Positions 54,702 to 63,880 of a stretch of DNA of 64,000 bases are shown piece after piece; within the stretch, counting starts at the first letter, position 1; each line of letters opens with the position of its first letter. Position numbers and translations under genes: made by a program. The stretch covers positions 36,501 to 100,500 of the forward strand of contig CAVXGQ010000003.1 in assembly GCA_963761425.1 (NCBI GenBank), written 5' to 3'. Origin of the DNA: an uncultured Acidimicrobiaceae bacterium. Its GTDB lineage: Bacteria > Actinomycetota > Acidimicrobiia > Acidimicrobiales > Bog-793. Below the pieces are notes generated by a model that had not been told where the DNA came from, did no database searches, and saw nothing but the letters and a program-made list of their open reading frames with translations.

Positions 54702-57188
54702 GTGGCTGCAGCAAAGGGATCGTCAGCGACGAAGACCCGCTCGCCGCACGCGGGAACGGGCCGGACCACGACCCTGTCCGCGCGCGGACCCGGCAGCCGG
54801 ATCCGGGGTGGGGGAAACTCGGCCGCCCGGTCGACGCGACGCCACCTGGCGGCCGACCCGAGCGCGCGCGAGCCCGAAGAGGTCTGGGGCTGGCTGCTCC
54901 TGGTGGTCGGCGCCCTGGCGGTGCTGGCGGTCCATTTCAACCTGCTCGGGAACGCCGGGGTCTACGTGCGTCGGGACGGTGCCGCCGCTTTCGGATGGGG
55001 CCTCGACGTCGCCCCGGTCGGATTTCTGGTCGTCGGTTGGACGCTGATCGCCGGGCGCGCCCGGCGGGGCGCCCCGGGCGCCTTGGTGGCGCTGGTCGTC
55101 CTCGTCCTCGCCTCGGCCGGCCTCGGCGATCTCGCCGGGGGCCATCCCGCCGCCTCGGCCCCGGCGCAGATCCTCGGCGGCGCCGGTGGCTTCGCGGGGG
55201 CGGAGATCGGCGGTGGGCTGCGCGACGTGATCGGAGCGGCCGGCGCCGGAATCGTTCTCGGGGCGATCGCTTTCGTCGCCCTGTGCGCCTGCTTCGCGCG
55301 CTCGCCGCGCCAAGGAGTCCTCAGCCTCGTCCACCTGCTGGGCGCGACCCGGCACGCCGCGGCGAGGCTCTTTGCGGCCCGCGAGGCCGAGGAGACCGAG
55401 AGCGTGGTGGCGGCCGCGGCCGAGAAGGGCACGCCGCTCATCGACTGGCCCCTCGACGCGCAGGACTCGATCAGCCCCGATCCGACCGGCGGGCTGGCGG
55501 CACTGGTCACCGAGGCGAGATCCGGAAGAGGCAACGGCGCGCGGGGCGAAGACCAATTCGGGGCCGACGAGGGCAGCGTGGTCACGACCACGCACCCGGT
55601 CGAGCCGGCTCCCCCCACTGACTTCCTTCCGCCGAGCGCCCTCGTCGAACAGCTCGGTCTCGGTGTCGTGCCGGCGCCGAGCAACTGGAAGCTCCCGCCG
55701 GAGCGCCTGCTGAAAAGAACCAAGGAACTCGCCAACGATCGGCAGGGGATCGAGGAGCGCGGAAGACTCCTCGAACGGGCGCTGTCGTCACACGGCGTCG
55801 AGACGCACGTCGCCGGCTTCACGGTCGGCCCGACCGTGACCCGTTTCGAGCTGGAGCTCGCGCCGGGCGTCAAGGTCGCGCAGGTGACGAGCCTGTCCAA
55901 GGACATCGCCTACGTGATGGCGTCGCCCGACGTCCGCATCCTGGCGCCGATTCCGGGACGCTCCGCCATCGGCGTCGAGGTGCCGAACCACGACCGTCGC
56001 CTGGTGACCCTCGGCGACGTCCTGTCCACGCCCGAAGCCCACCGGGCGCGGCACCCGCTCGAGGTGGGCCTGGGACGCGACATCGCCGGTCGACCGGTGA
56101 TGGTGAATCTCGCCGAAATGCCGCACCTTCTGATCGCCGGGGCGACCGGATCGGGCAAGTCGTCCTGCATCAACTCCCTGGTCACCTCCATACTGATGCG
56201 GTCGACCCCCGAACAGGTCCGGTTGATCCTCGTCGACCCGAAACGGGTTGAGCTCGGCCACTACAACGGCCTCCCGCACCTGCTCACCGAAGTCGTCGTC
56301 AATCCGAAGCGAGCCGCCAACGCCCTGGCCTGGACCGTCGTGGAGATGGAACGTCGCTACGACCTCTTGGCGGAGGTCGGCATGCGCGACATCACGGGTT
56401 ACAACTCGGCGGTCGACCGTGGCGATTTCGCGGAGGGTCCCTTCGACGGGCCGATCGTCCCGAGCGACGTCGAGGTGGACGATGCCGAGATCTCCGGCCT
56501 CCCCGAGCGCACCCGGTACCAGAGGCTGCCGTTCATCCTGCTCGTGGTCGACGAGCTGAACGACCTCATGATGATCGCCGCCCGCGACGTCGAGGAGTCG
56601 ATCTGCCGGATCGCGCAGATGGCGCGGGCGGTCGGGATCCACCTCGTCATCGCGACCCAGCGGCCGTCGGTCGACGTCATCACTGGAGTGATCAAGGCGA
56701 ACATCCCTTCGCGTCTCGCCTTCACGGTCTCGTCGCTCGCGGACTCGCGAGTCATCCTCGACCAGCCCGGTGCCGAACGCCTCATCGGCCGGGGTGACCT
56801 GCTTCTCCTCACCGCCTCTTCGAGCGTCCCGCGCCGGATCCAGAGTCCGTGGGTCTCGGAGGAGGAGGTGCGCAGCATCGTCGCCCACTGGCGGCGCCAG
56901 AGCGACCCCCTCTACGTCGAGGGCATCGTCGGTGACGACAAAGACCGCCTGGGTGACGGGTTGTTCAGAGACGACGACGACGAGCTGCTGGGTCAGGCGA
57001 TGGACCTCGTCGTCCGGTCGCAGCTCGGCTCGACGTCGATGCTCCAGCGCAAGCTGCGGGTTGGCTTCGCCCGGGCCGGTCGTCTGATGGACCTGCTCGA
57101 GCGGCGGGGCATCGTCGGTCCGTCGGAAGGATCGAAGGCCCGGACGGTTCTCATGACCCTCGACGAGTACGAAGAGATCCCCAGCTGA
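54702..57188 (+). CDS. ftsK: DNA translocase FtsK/SpoIIIE
   Basis: It has an N-terminal TM region and a motor domain (LLIAGATGSGKSSCINSL, LLVVDELNDLMM, HLVIATQRPSVDVITG). The C-terminal gamma winged helix reads LGSTSMLQRKLRVGFARAGRLMDLLE. Confidence 0.95.
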   Translation: MAAAKGSSATKTRSPHAGTGRTTTLSARGPGSRIRGGGNSAARSTRRHLAADPSAREPEEVWGWLLLVVGALAVLAVHFNLLGNAGVYVRRDGAAAFGWGLDVAPVGFLVVGWTLIAGRARRGAPGALVALVVLVLASAGLGDLAGGHPAASAPAQILGGAGGFAGAEIGGGLRDVIGAAGAGIVLGAIAFVALCACFARSPRQGVLSLVHLLGATRHAAARLFAAREAEETESVVAAAAEKGTPLIDWPLDAQDSISPDPTGGLAALVTEARSGRGNGARGEDQFGADEGSVVTTTHPVEPAPPTDFLPPSALVEQLGLGVVPAPSNWKLPPERLLKRTKELANDRQGIEERGRLLERALSSHGVETHVAGFTVGPTVTRFELELAPGVKVAQVTSLSKDIAYVMASPDVRILAPIPGRSAIGVEVPNHDRRLVTLGDVLSTPEAHRARHPLEVGLGRDIAGRPVMVNLAEMPHLLIAGATGSGKSSCINSLVTSILMRSTPEQVRLILVDPKRVELGHYNGLPHLLTEVVVNPKRAANALAWTVVEMERRYDLLAEVGMRDITGYNSAVDRGDFAEGPFDGPIVPSDVEVDDAEISGLPERTRYQRLPFILLVVDELNDLMMIAARDVEESICRIAQMARAVGIHLVIATQRPSVDVITGVIKANIPSRLAFTVSSLADSRVILDQPGAERLIGRGDLLLLTASSSVPRRIQSPWVSEEEVRSIVAHWRRQSDPLYVEGIVGDDKDRLGDGLFRDDDDELLGQAMDLVVRSQLGSTSMLQRKLRVGFARAGRLMDLLERRGIVGPSEGSKARTVLMTLDEYEEIPS

Positions 57189-57206
57189 GCCGGCCCGGGG
57201 CGACCG

Positions 57207-57234
57207 CGAGCCTGGTGGGCTCGTCTTGTTGTTT
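57207..57234 (+). terminator. rho-independent terminator candidate after ftsK
   Basis: CGAGCC tggtg GGCTCG followed by the T-rich tail TCTTGTTGTTT. Confidence 0.55.
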
Positions 57235-58000
57235 CGTCGTAACAGTTCAGGTCCCCTGACCACCTGATCCACTACCTGGGAGAATGCCGCGCGTACCGTT
57301 GGGAATTCCGACGCGCGAACCGTCACCCGACGCCCCCTCCTAAGAGGAGTTGACCAGCGGAGCACTCGGCCCTTCGTGTCAGAGTGGCCATGCTCGAGGA
57401 CAGGCTCACCGACTTGGAGGAGCGCCTCGGTCGCAATCTGCGCAACTCGTCCACGCCCTGTGCGATGCCCACCACCTGCGCGACCTGACCGGGTCTGTGT
57501 GGCGTGAAACCAGGGGTGGGTGAACGACCTTGCCACACTGCTCACAGAGGCGAAGCGTGCCGTCGACACTCTCCGAACGTCGGGGCCGGACTCCCTCGAC
57601 ATCGCCACTTTGCACTCGATTCGCGTTCACTACGGGCAACTCGTGACGAGGGGCTTTGCCGCCAACCCCCACTCCCGCTGTCGGCTGACGATCGGGCTAC
57701 GAGAAGATGGCCTACAACCTCCTCGTACGTCTCGACGGCCAGCGGGCCGACGTGCTCCGGTTCTGCCTCGACTTCACGGTGCCATTCGACAACAACCGGG
57801 CCGAACGTGACAACAGGATCGTGAAGCTCCAGCAGAAGATCTCCGGTTCGTGGCGCACCCGCGAACGGGCTAGGACCTCCTGCGCCATCCGCAGCTCCGT
57901 CTCGAACCTACGCAAGCACGACCGCAACATCCTCGACGGACTCCGCCTGCTGTTCGATGGTCAGATCTGGCTACCTGTCGGAACCTGAACAGTTACCACG
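57235..58000 (+). mobile_element. IS66-family insertion sequence deletion derivative bounded by imperfect terminal inverted repeats
   Basis: The left end is cgtcgtaacagttcaggtcc (57235-57254). The right end reverse-complemented is cgtggtaactgttcaggttc (57981-58000), matching 17 of 20 positions. The interior holds only N- and C-terminal transposase fragments. G+C is visibly lower than in the flanks. Confidence 0.65.
57390..57988 (+). pseudogene. IS66-family transposase remnants (N-terminal coiled-coil piece plus frameshifted C-terminal third)
   Basis: MLEDRLTDLEERLGRNLRNSSTP then a stop (57390-57486). The C-terminal pieces lie in two frames: ..LHSIRVHYGQLVTRGFAANP and MAYNLLVRLDGQRADVLRFCLDFTVPFDNNRAERDNRIVKLQQKISGSWRT...IRSSVSNLRKHDRNILDGL. 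The DDE catalytic core is absent. Confidence 0.6.
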
Positions 58001-58161
58001 TGATTTCGGGTTGAACTCCGTGCAGAATCTCTCTCGCTGTCAAACGGCCAGCATGGTCAAACTCTGCGGGCCTAGCCTCATGTCATGCGGATTCACGCGC
58101 TCGAGGCGCCTCGTGCTGCGCTCGGAGGGTCGGGTACGTCGGTGGGGCGTGGTCCGGCAAT

Positions 58162-58797
58162 ATGAAAAAGGCCTCCTACTACGACCTGATCTCTGGCTTT
58201 TATGAGTACTTCACCGAGAAGCTTCATGGCGAGCACAGGGTCGAAGCCATCGAGCTGCTGCGACTCGAGAATGGTCAGACGGTGCTCGACGTGCCATGCG
58301 GGACCGGCGCGAACTTCCCGTTGCTCTGCCCGCTCGTCGGGGCGACAGGACAGATCCTCGGTTGCGATTATTCACGAGGCATGCTGGCGCGTGCACGCAC
58401 CAAGATCACGAAGGCTGGCTGGGGAAACATCAGACTGGTACAAGCCGATGTGCGCGTCCTCACCCCCGAGCTCCTGGGGTCTCCGAGGATCGACGCGGTC
58501 ATCTGCATGCTCGGCCTGAGCGTGGTGCCGGACTGGCAACTTTCCTTTGACCGGATGTTCGACCTGCTGCGACCAGGCGGCCGCTTCGTCACGATGGACT
58601 TATTCCTTGAAGGCAAGGCCACGAGCCCATTGGCGAACGGGTACTACCGGGTGATTGCGCAAGCGCACTCGAGGCGTCGTTTCTGGGAGCCGCTCGAGCA
58701 GCGTGTTCCTGACTTCGAGTCGATCGAACATCGGTGGTTCGGTGGAGTCGCGAAGATCGTCGCGGGAACCAAACCACTCGTCCCGATTCATCAATAA
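58162..58797 (+). CDS. class I SAM-dependent methyltransferase
   Basis: 211 aa with SAM motif I (VLDVPCGTGANF) and a post-I acidic residue (LGCDYS). LRPGGRFV is also present. The DNA is lower in G+C. Confidence 0.8.
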   Translation: MKKASYYDLISGFYEYFTEKLHGEHRVEAIELLRLENGQTVLDVPCGTGANFPLLCPLVGATGQILGCDYSRGMLARARTKITKAGWGNIRLVQADVRVLTPELLGSPRIDAVICMLGLSVVPDWQLSFDRMFDLLRPGGRFVTMDLFLEGKATSPLANGYYRVIAQAHSRRRFWEPLEQRVPDFESIEHRWFGGVAKIVAGTKPLVPIHQ

Positions 58798-58823
58798 CGA
58801 CACAATCGGCTGCTAGGCGATTC

Positions 58824-58849
58824 GCTGCGCTCATCGCGACGAGCGCAGC
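58824..58849 (+). terminator. 9-bp perfect hairpin after the methyltransferase gene
   Basis: GCTGCGCTC atcgcgac GAGCGCAGC; no U-tract. Confidence 0.35.
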
Positions 58850-59041
58850 ACGGCCTCACGATCCCAGTTCTGCCCGGAGGCGATGTGTTAATCCGGCGAA
58901 GGGAAGTCAGGTCCTCAGACATTCTGTTGTGCGAGATGACCGTTTTGCTCGGCACCAGGCCTGGTCGAATAGCGGCGGCGCGCGCGTTCCCGAGTACTCC
59001 AACGTGCAAGGACCGCGTGGGGCAGGCAAGCTGATACGAAC

Positions 59042-59896
59042 GTGCGCGCGCGAGCCCCCGCTTCTTCGGCGAATCTCGGACCCGGATTCGACGCGCTCGC
59101 ACTCGCCCTAGCGCTCGCCGTCGAGGTCGAGATCGCGCCGGCACCGCGGCTCGCAATCCGCAGCGAGGGCGAAGGTGCCGATCTGCCCCAGGACGCCTCG
59201 CATCTCGCTGTTCGGGTCGCGCGCGCGGTCCTCGGCCACGATCACGTGAAGATCACCGTGCGTTCGGCCATCCCGGTCGGGCGGGGTCTTGGTTCTTCCG
59301 CCGCTCTCGCCGCGGCGGCCGCGGCGGCGGCGGGATCGGACGACCCGCTCGGTGTCGCCGCGGCCTTCGACGGCCACGCCGAGAACGCCGCCGCCGCGGT
59401 GCTCGGCGGCCTGGTCGCCGCGACCTTCGTCGACGGGCGTCCGGTCGCCTGCCGGCTGCGACTCGACCCGGCGCTCGCCTTCGTCGTTCTGATCCCCGAT
59501 CGGGTCCTTTCGACCGATGAGGCCCGCGCCGTGCTACCCGTCTCGGTTCCCTTCGCCGATGCGGTGGCGAACCTCGGTCGGCTGGGGCTGCTGCTCGGGG
59601 GCCTCGCGGACGCGACCCAACTCGTAACCGTGGCGGGCGAGGACCGCCTCCACCAGAAGGCGCGGTCGGCGCTGTTCCCGGAGGCGCCCGAACTACTCGC
59701 CCGCCTGGTGACGGCGGGTGCCACCCTCGCCTGCTGGTCGGGTGCCGGCACCAGCCTGCTGGGGATCTGTCCCTCGGAGACGACCACGGCCCGGGTGCGC
59801 GAGGCGGGCCAGGCGGCGCTGGCCGATCTTCGAGTCCCGGGACGGGCGGTGGTGCTCCGGCCGGACCTCGCCGGGTTGGTGGTCGAGGAAAGCTGA
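59042..59896 (+). CDS. thrB: homoserine kinase
   Basis: APASSANLGPGFD...IPVGRGLGSSAA... (GHMP kinase motifs); 284 aa. Confidence 0.9.
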   Translation: MRARAPASSANLGPGFDALALALALAVEVEIAPAPRLAIRSEGEGADLPQDASHLAVRVARAVLGHDHVKITVRSAIPVGRGLGSSAALAAAAAAAAGSDDPLGVAAAFDGHAENAAAAVLGGLVAATFVDGRPVACRLRLDPALAFVVLIPDRVLSTDEARAVLPVSVPFADAVANLGRLGLLLGGLADATQLVTVAGEDRLHQKARSALFPEAPELLARLVTAGATLACWSGAGTSLLGICPSETTTARVREAGQAALADLRVPGRAVVLRPDLAGLVVEES

Positions 59897-59916
59897 TCGC
59901 CGGTTTCCGGCGGCGG

Positions 59917-60618
59917 GTGGCCATGGGATCATCAGGCATGGCCACCCGGCACCCCTTGGCAGAGTATTGGCCTCTCTACGATCTGGTCGTGCGGACCCCG
60001 CGCCTCGAGCTGCGGTATCCGAGTGACGAGGACCTGGCGGTGCTGGCGTCACTTCCCTCCGAAGGGATCCACGAGCCCGGTCGTCAGCCTTTCCATTTCG
60101 CCTGGACCGAGGTGGACTCGCCCCAGCGCGAACGGGACTCCCTCAAGTGGTGGTGGTCGGGGCGTGCGAGCTGGTCGGTCGACGACTGGACGCTCTCGCT
60201 GGCGGTCGTGGTCGACGGCGAGCCGGTTGGGGTGCAGGACCTCATAGCGAAGCACTTCGTCACGCTCCGATCCGTCTCTACCGGTTCCTGGCTGGTGCAG
60301 CGCGCCCAGGGACTCGGCACCGGCACCGAGATGCGAGCCGCCGTCGTCGAGTTGGCCTTCCGCGGCCTCGGTGCTCTGGAGGCGCACTCGTCGGCTTTCG
60401 ACTGGAACTCCTCTTCGATTCGGGTTTCGGAGAAGGTCGGCTACCTCCCGAACGGCGAGGAGCTCGCCCTGCGCGGCTCGCAGCGCGACCGCACCCTGTG
60501 CTTCCGGCTCTCGCGGGAAACCTGGCTTACCCGTCGACGGGACGACATCAAGATCGCGGGGCTGGAGCCTGCGCTCACGCTCTTCGGGCTCGGTCCGGAC
60601 CGAGAGCCGCTCGCCTGA
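59917..60618 (+). CDS. GNAT family N-acetyltransferase (RimJ/RimL-like)
   Basis: VRTPRLELRYPSDEDL...WLVQRAQGLGTGTEMRAAVVELAF..LGALEAHSSAFDWNSSSIRVSEKVGY. Confidence 0.8.
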   Translation: MAMGSSGMATRHPLAEYWPLYDLVVRTPRLELRYPSDEDLAVLASLPSEGIHEPGRQPFHFAWTEVDSPQRERDSLKWWWSGRASWSVDDWTLSLAVVVDGEPVGVQDLIAKHFVTLRSVSTGSWLVQRAQGLGTGTEMRAAVVELAFRGLGALEAHSSAFDWNSSSIRVSEKVGYLPNGEELALRGSQRDRTLCFRLSRETWLTRRRDDIKIAGLEPALTLFGLGPDREPLA

Positions 60619-60621
60619 GCG

Positions 60622-61110
60622 TTAGGCCCCGACCGCCCCGGCGGCGATCTCATCGAGACCCTGGACGAGCGCGTTCCAGGCCAGCGTGGCGCACTTGATG
60701 CGCACCGGGAACTTGACGACGCCCTGCAGGGCGCCGAGCTCGCCGAGGCTGGCCGGATCCACCGGGGTGGCGGCTCCGGTCGGGGGGTCTCCGTCTGCGG
60801 AGGGCTCGTCGATCGCCATCATCGACTTGAACGACCGGACCAGTCGACGCACCTCGTCGACGGGGAGACCCTTCACCGCGGCCGACATCATCGACGCCGA
60901 CGACTGGCTGATCGAGCAGCCCCGTCCGGTGATTCGGAGATCAGCCAGGACACCGTCGCTCACTTGGAGGTAGATGACGATCTCGTCGCCACACAGCGGG
61001 TTGAATCCCTCGACGCGGTGGGCGGGAGGGACGGGAAGCTCGCCGCGATTACGCGGCGAGCGGTAGTGGTCGAGGATGATCTCGCGGTAGAGGTCTTCGA
61101 GCTCGTTCAT
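60622..61110 (-). CDS. sufU: SUF system Fe-S cluster assembly scaffold SufU/NifU-like
   Basis: LYREIILDHYRSPRNRG...NPLCGDEI...GRGCSISQSSASMM. Confidence 0.9.
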   Translation of the reverse strand: MNELEDLYREIILDHYRSPRNRGELPVPPAHRVEGFNPLCGDEIVIYLQVSDGVLADLRITGRGCSISQSSASMMSAAVKGLPVDEVRRLVRSFKSMMAIDEPSADGDPPTGAATPVDPASLGELGALQGVVKFPVRIKCATLAWNALVQGLDEIAAGAVGA

Positions 61111-61167
61111 GTTCTCGTGGATTCCCGGCTTTCCGGTCCCTTTTCTAGTGCCAGGTTCGCAGGGATG

Positions 61168-62415
61168 TCAGCAGAAGAGCTTCCGCACGTAAGCCAAGCC
61201 GTTCACGAGCGAGTCGATGTCGGCTTCGTCGTTGTACAGGTACAGCGACGCCCGGGTGGTCGCGGCGACCCCGAGGACCCGCATGAGCGGCTTGGCGCAG
61301 TGGTGGCCGGCACGCACGCACACGCCGACCTGGTCGAGCACCTGGGCGACGTCGTGGGGGTGGACCTCGCCGAAGGCGAAGGAGATCACCCCGGAGCGCC
61401 GGGTGGGGTCTGGCGCCGGGCCGAAGATGCGGATCTCGCCGTAGGCGGCCGGGAGGCGTTCGAGGGCGTAGTCGACGAGCGCGGTCTCATGCGCGCCGAT
61501 GCGGTCGAGCCCGACCCCTTCGAGGTAATCGACGGCGGCGCCGAGCCCGATCGCCTCCGCGATCGGCGGGGTGCCCGCCTCGAACTTCCATGGCAGCTCG
61601 TTGGTGGTGAAGCCGTCGAGCCTCACGTCGCGGATCATCTCGCCACCGCCGAGGAACGGCGGCATCGCTTCGAGCAGCTCCTCCCGGGCCCACAGCACCC
61701 CGATGCCGGTCGGGCCGAGCATCTTGTGGCCGGTCAGGGCGAAGAAATCAGCGCCCAGTGCCGCCACGTCGACGCGCCGGTGCGGAGCGAGCTGGGCCCC
61801 GTCGACGAGGACGCGGGCCCCGGCGGCGTGGGCCGCGGCGACGATCGGACCGAGGTCCACGACGGTGCCGAGCACGTTGGACGCCGCGGTGACACCGACC
61901 AGCTTGGCGCCGGCGACCAACCGACCGAGGTGCGTTAGATCGAGGTGGAAATCCCTCCCGAGGGGGAGGTACCGGAGTTCGATCCCGCGCTCGTCTCGCA
62001 GCATCAGCCAGGGCACCAGATTGGCGTGGTGCTCGATCTCGCTCAGCACCACGACGTCGCCGGAACGCAGGTTCTGGCGCCCCCAGGCGTAGGCGACGAG
62101 GTTGATCGCCTCGGTCGCGTTCTTGGTGAAGATGACCTCGCGTTCCGGGTGAGGCGCGCCGATGAACCGGCCGATCTTGGTCCGCGCCGCCTCCAGTTGG
62201 CGCGTCGCCTCCTCGGCGATGGCGTAGACGCCGCGGTGGACGTTGGCGTGGGTGGTCGCGTAGTAGACGTCCATCGCATCGAGCACCGACTGCGGACGTT
62301 GTGCCGAGGCCGCGGAGTCGAGGTAGACGAGGGGGCGGTTGCCCTCGTCGCGCGACAGGAGCGGGAAGTCCTTTTTCAGCGTTGGCACGTCGAGGTAGCC
62401 GGTCACTGTCGCCAA
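61168..62415 (-). CDS. sufS: cysteine desulfurase SufS
   Basis: YLDSAASAQRP...ANVHRGVY...HHANLVPW...TGHKMLGPTGIGVLW...RAGHHCAKPL. Confidence 0.93.
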   Translation of the reverse strand: MATVTGYLDVPTLKKDFPLLSRDEGNRPLVYLDSAASAQRPQSVLDAMDVYYATTHANVHRGVYAIAEEATRQLEAARTKIGRFIGAPHPEREVIFTKNATEAINLVAYAWGRQNLRSGDVVVLSEIEHHANLVPWLMLRDERGIELRYLPLGRDFHLDLTHLGRLVAGAKLVGVTAASNVLGTVVDLGPIVAAAHAAGARVLVDGAQLAPHRRVDVAALGADFFALTGHKMLGPTGIGVLWAREELLEAMPPFLGGGEMIRDVRLDGFTTNELPWKFEAGTPPIAEAIGLGAAVDYLEGVGLDRIGAHETALVDYALERLPAAYGEIRIFGPAPDPTRRSGVISFAFGEVHPHDVAQVLDQVGVCVRAGHHCAKPLMRVLGVAATTRASLYLYNDEADIDSLVNGLAYVRKLFC

Positions 62416-63212
62416 GATTCGTAGCCCTCGCGGTCGAGTCGCGCCGCGAGTTCAGGTCCACCCGATTCGACGATCCGCCCGTCGATGAGGACGTGGATGA
62501 CATCCGGCCTCAGCTCGTCAAGGATCCGCCGATAGTGCGTCACGATGACAACCCCGAGCGCCGGTCGGTGCGCCCGCACCTCGTTCACGCCGCGGGCCAC
62601 GATGCGCACGCCGTCGATGTCCAGCCCGGAATCGGTCTCGTCGAGGATCGCGAGGTCCGGTTCGAGCAGGGCCATCTGAAGGATCTCGTTGCGCTTCTTC
62701 TCGCCGCCGGAAAAGCCGTCGTTTAGGTAGCGCGAGGCGAAACTGACATCCATGCCGAGCCGCTGCAGCCACTCGTGGATCTGGACGCGGACCTCGATCA
62801 CCGAGACCTCGGTACCCCGTCGGGCGGCGACGGCCTGTCGGAGGAACTGCGCGATCGGGACGCCGGGGATCTCCTCGGGGTACTGGAAGGCGAGGAACAT
62901 CCCCGCCCTCGCCCGCGCGTCCGTGGTCAGCCCGGTGACATCGTCACCTTTGAAGAAGACCTTGCCTCGGGTGACCCTGTAGCCCATGCTGCCGAGCAGG
63001 ACGTTGGCGAGGGTCGACTTGCCGGAACCGTTCGGCCCCATGACGGCGTGGAGCTCACCGGGTCGCACGGCGAGATCGACTCCCTTGAGGATCTCGACGC
63101 CATCCGCCGTGGCGTGCAGATCCTCGACGACCAGCAGCCGGACGGTGGGCCCGCCACCGGGGGAGTCGTCGCCCCGGGGCGCCTGTTCGGTATCCGCCGT
63201 CACCGTCGTCAT
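62403..63212 (-). CDS. sufC: Fe-S cluster assembly ATPase SufC
   Basis: GELHAVMGPNGSGKSTL...NDGFSGGEKKRNEILQM...LAILDETDSGLDIDG. Confidence 0.93.
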   Translation of the reverse strand: MTTVTADTEQAPRGDDSPGGGPTVRLLVVEDLHATADGVEILKGVDLAVRPGELHAVMGPNGSGKSTLANVLLGSMGYRVTRGKVFFKGDDVTGLTTDARARAGMFLAFQYPEEIPGVPIAQFLRQAVAARRGTEVSVIEVRVQIHEWLQRLGMDVSFASRYLNDGFSGGEKKRNEILQMALLEPDLAILDETDSGLDIDGVRIVARGVNEVRAHRPALGVVIVTHYRRILDELRPDVIHVLIDGRIVESGGPELAARLDREGYESWRQ

Positions 63213-63271
63213 GCCCTCAATGTTAGGCGTTCCTTAGGATTTGCACTACACGGATAGGGGAAATTGTCCCC

Positions 63272-63880
63272 TCACCAACCGCGCCGGATCCATTCCTCGA
63301 GATGGGGCCGCTCGGTTCCAAGAGTCGTGTCCGCGCCGTGACCCGGCATGACGATCGTGTCGGGGGACAAGGGCTTAAACAGGCGACCGTCGATCGAGCT
63401 GATGATCTGCGCGAAGTCACCGCCCGGGAAGGTGGTGTTGCCGGGGCCCCCCGGAAACAGGGTGTCGCCCGAGAACAGCACCGGGGAACCTTCGAGTAAG
63501 AAGCAGGTCGAACCGGGGGTGTGACCCGGTGTGTGGATGGTGCGGAGGCGGAGCCTCCCGACGCCGATGACTTCGTCATCTCCGAGCAACCGGTCATAGG
63601 CGGGGAGCATCGCGGCGTCCCCCGCGGCCACCGCCACCTGGTAGCCGGCATCGCGCAGGGCGGGGACGGCCTGGATGTGGTCCCAGTGCCCGTGGGTCTC
63701 GACGATCTGCCGCACCCCGAGCGCCTGGCAGGTCTCGAGCAGGAGATCGGGCTCGTTCGCCGCGTCGACGAGGAGCGCCTCGCCGGTCGCCTTGCAGCAC
63801 ACCACGAAGACGTTGTTGTCGATCGGGCCGACGATCAGGCGATGGACGGCGGCCTGAGCGTCTTCGTAATGGAGCGACAC
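63272..63880 (-). CDS. MBL-fold metallo-hydrolase (glyoxalase II-like)
   Basis: ETHGHWDHIQ...HTPGHTPGS...SGDTLFPGGPG...PGHG; 202 aa. Confidence 0.8.
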   Translation of the reverse strand: MSLHYEDAQAAVHRLIVGPIDNNVFVVCCKATGEALLVDAANEPDLLLETCQALGVRQIVETHGHWDHIQAVPALRDAGYQVAVAAGDAAMLPAYDRLLGDDEVIGVGRLRLRTIHTPGHTPGSTCFLLEGSPVLFSGDTLFPGGPGNTTFPGGDFAQIISSIDGRLFKPLSPDTIVMPGHGADTTLGTERPHLEEWIRRGW

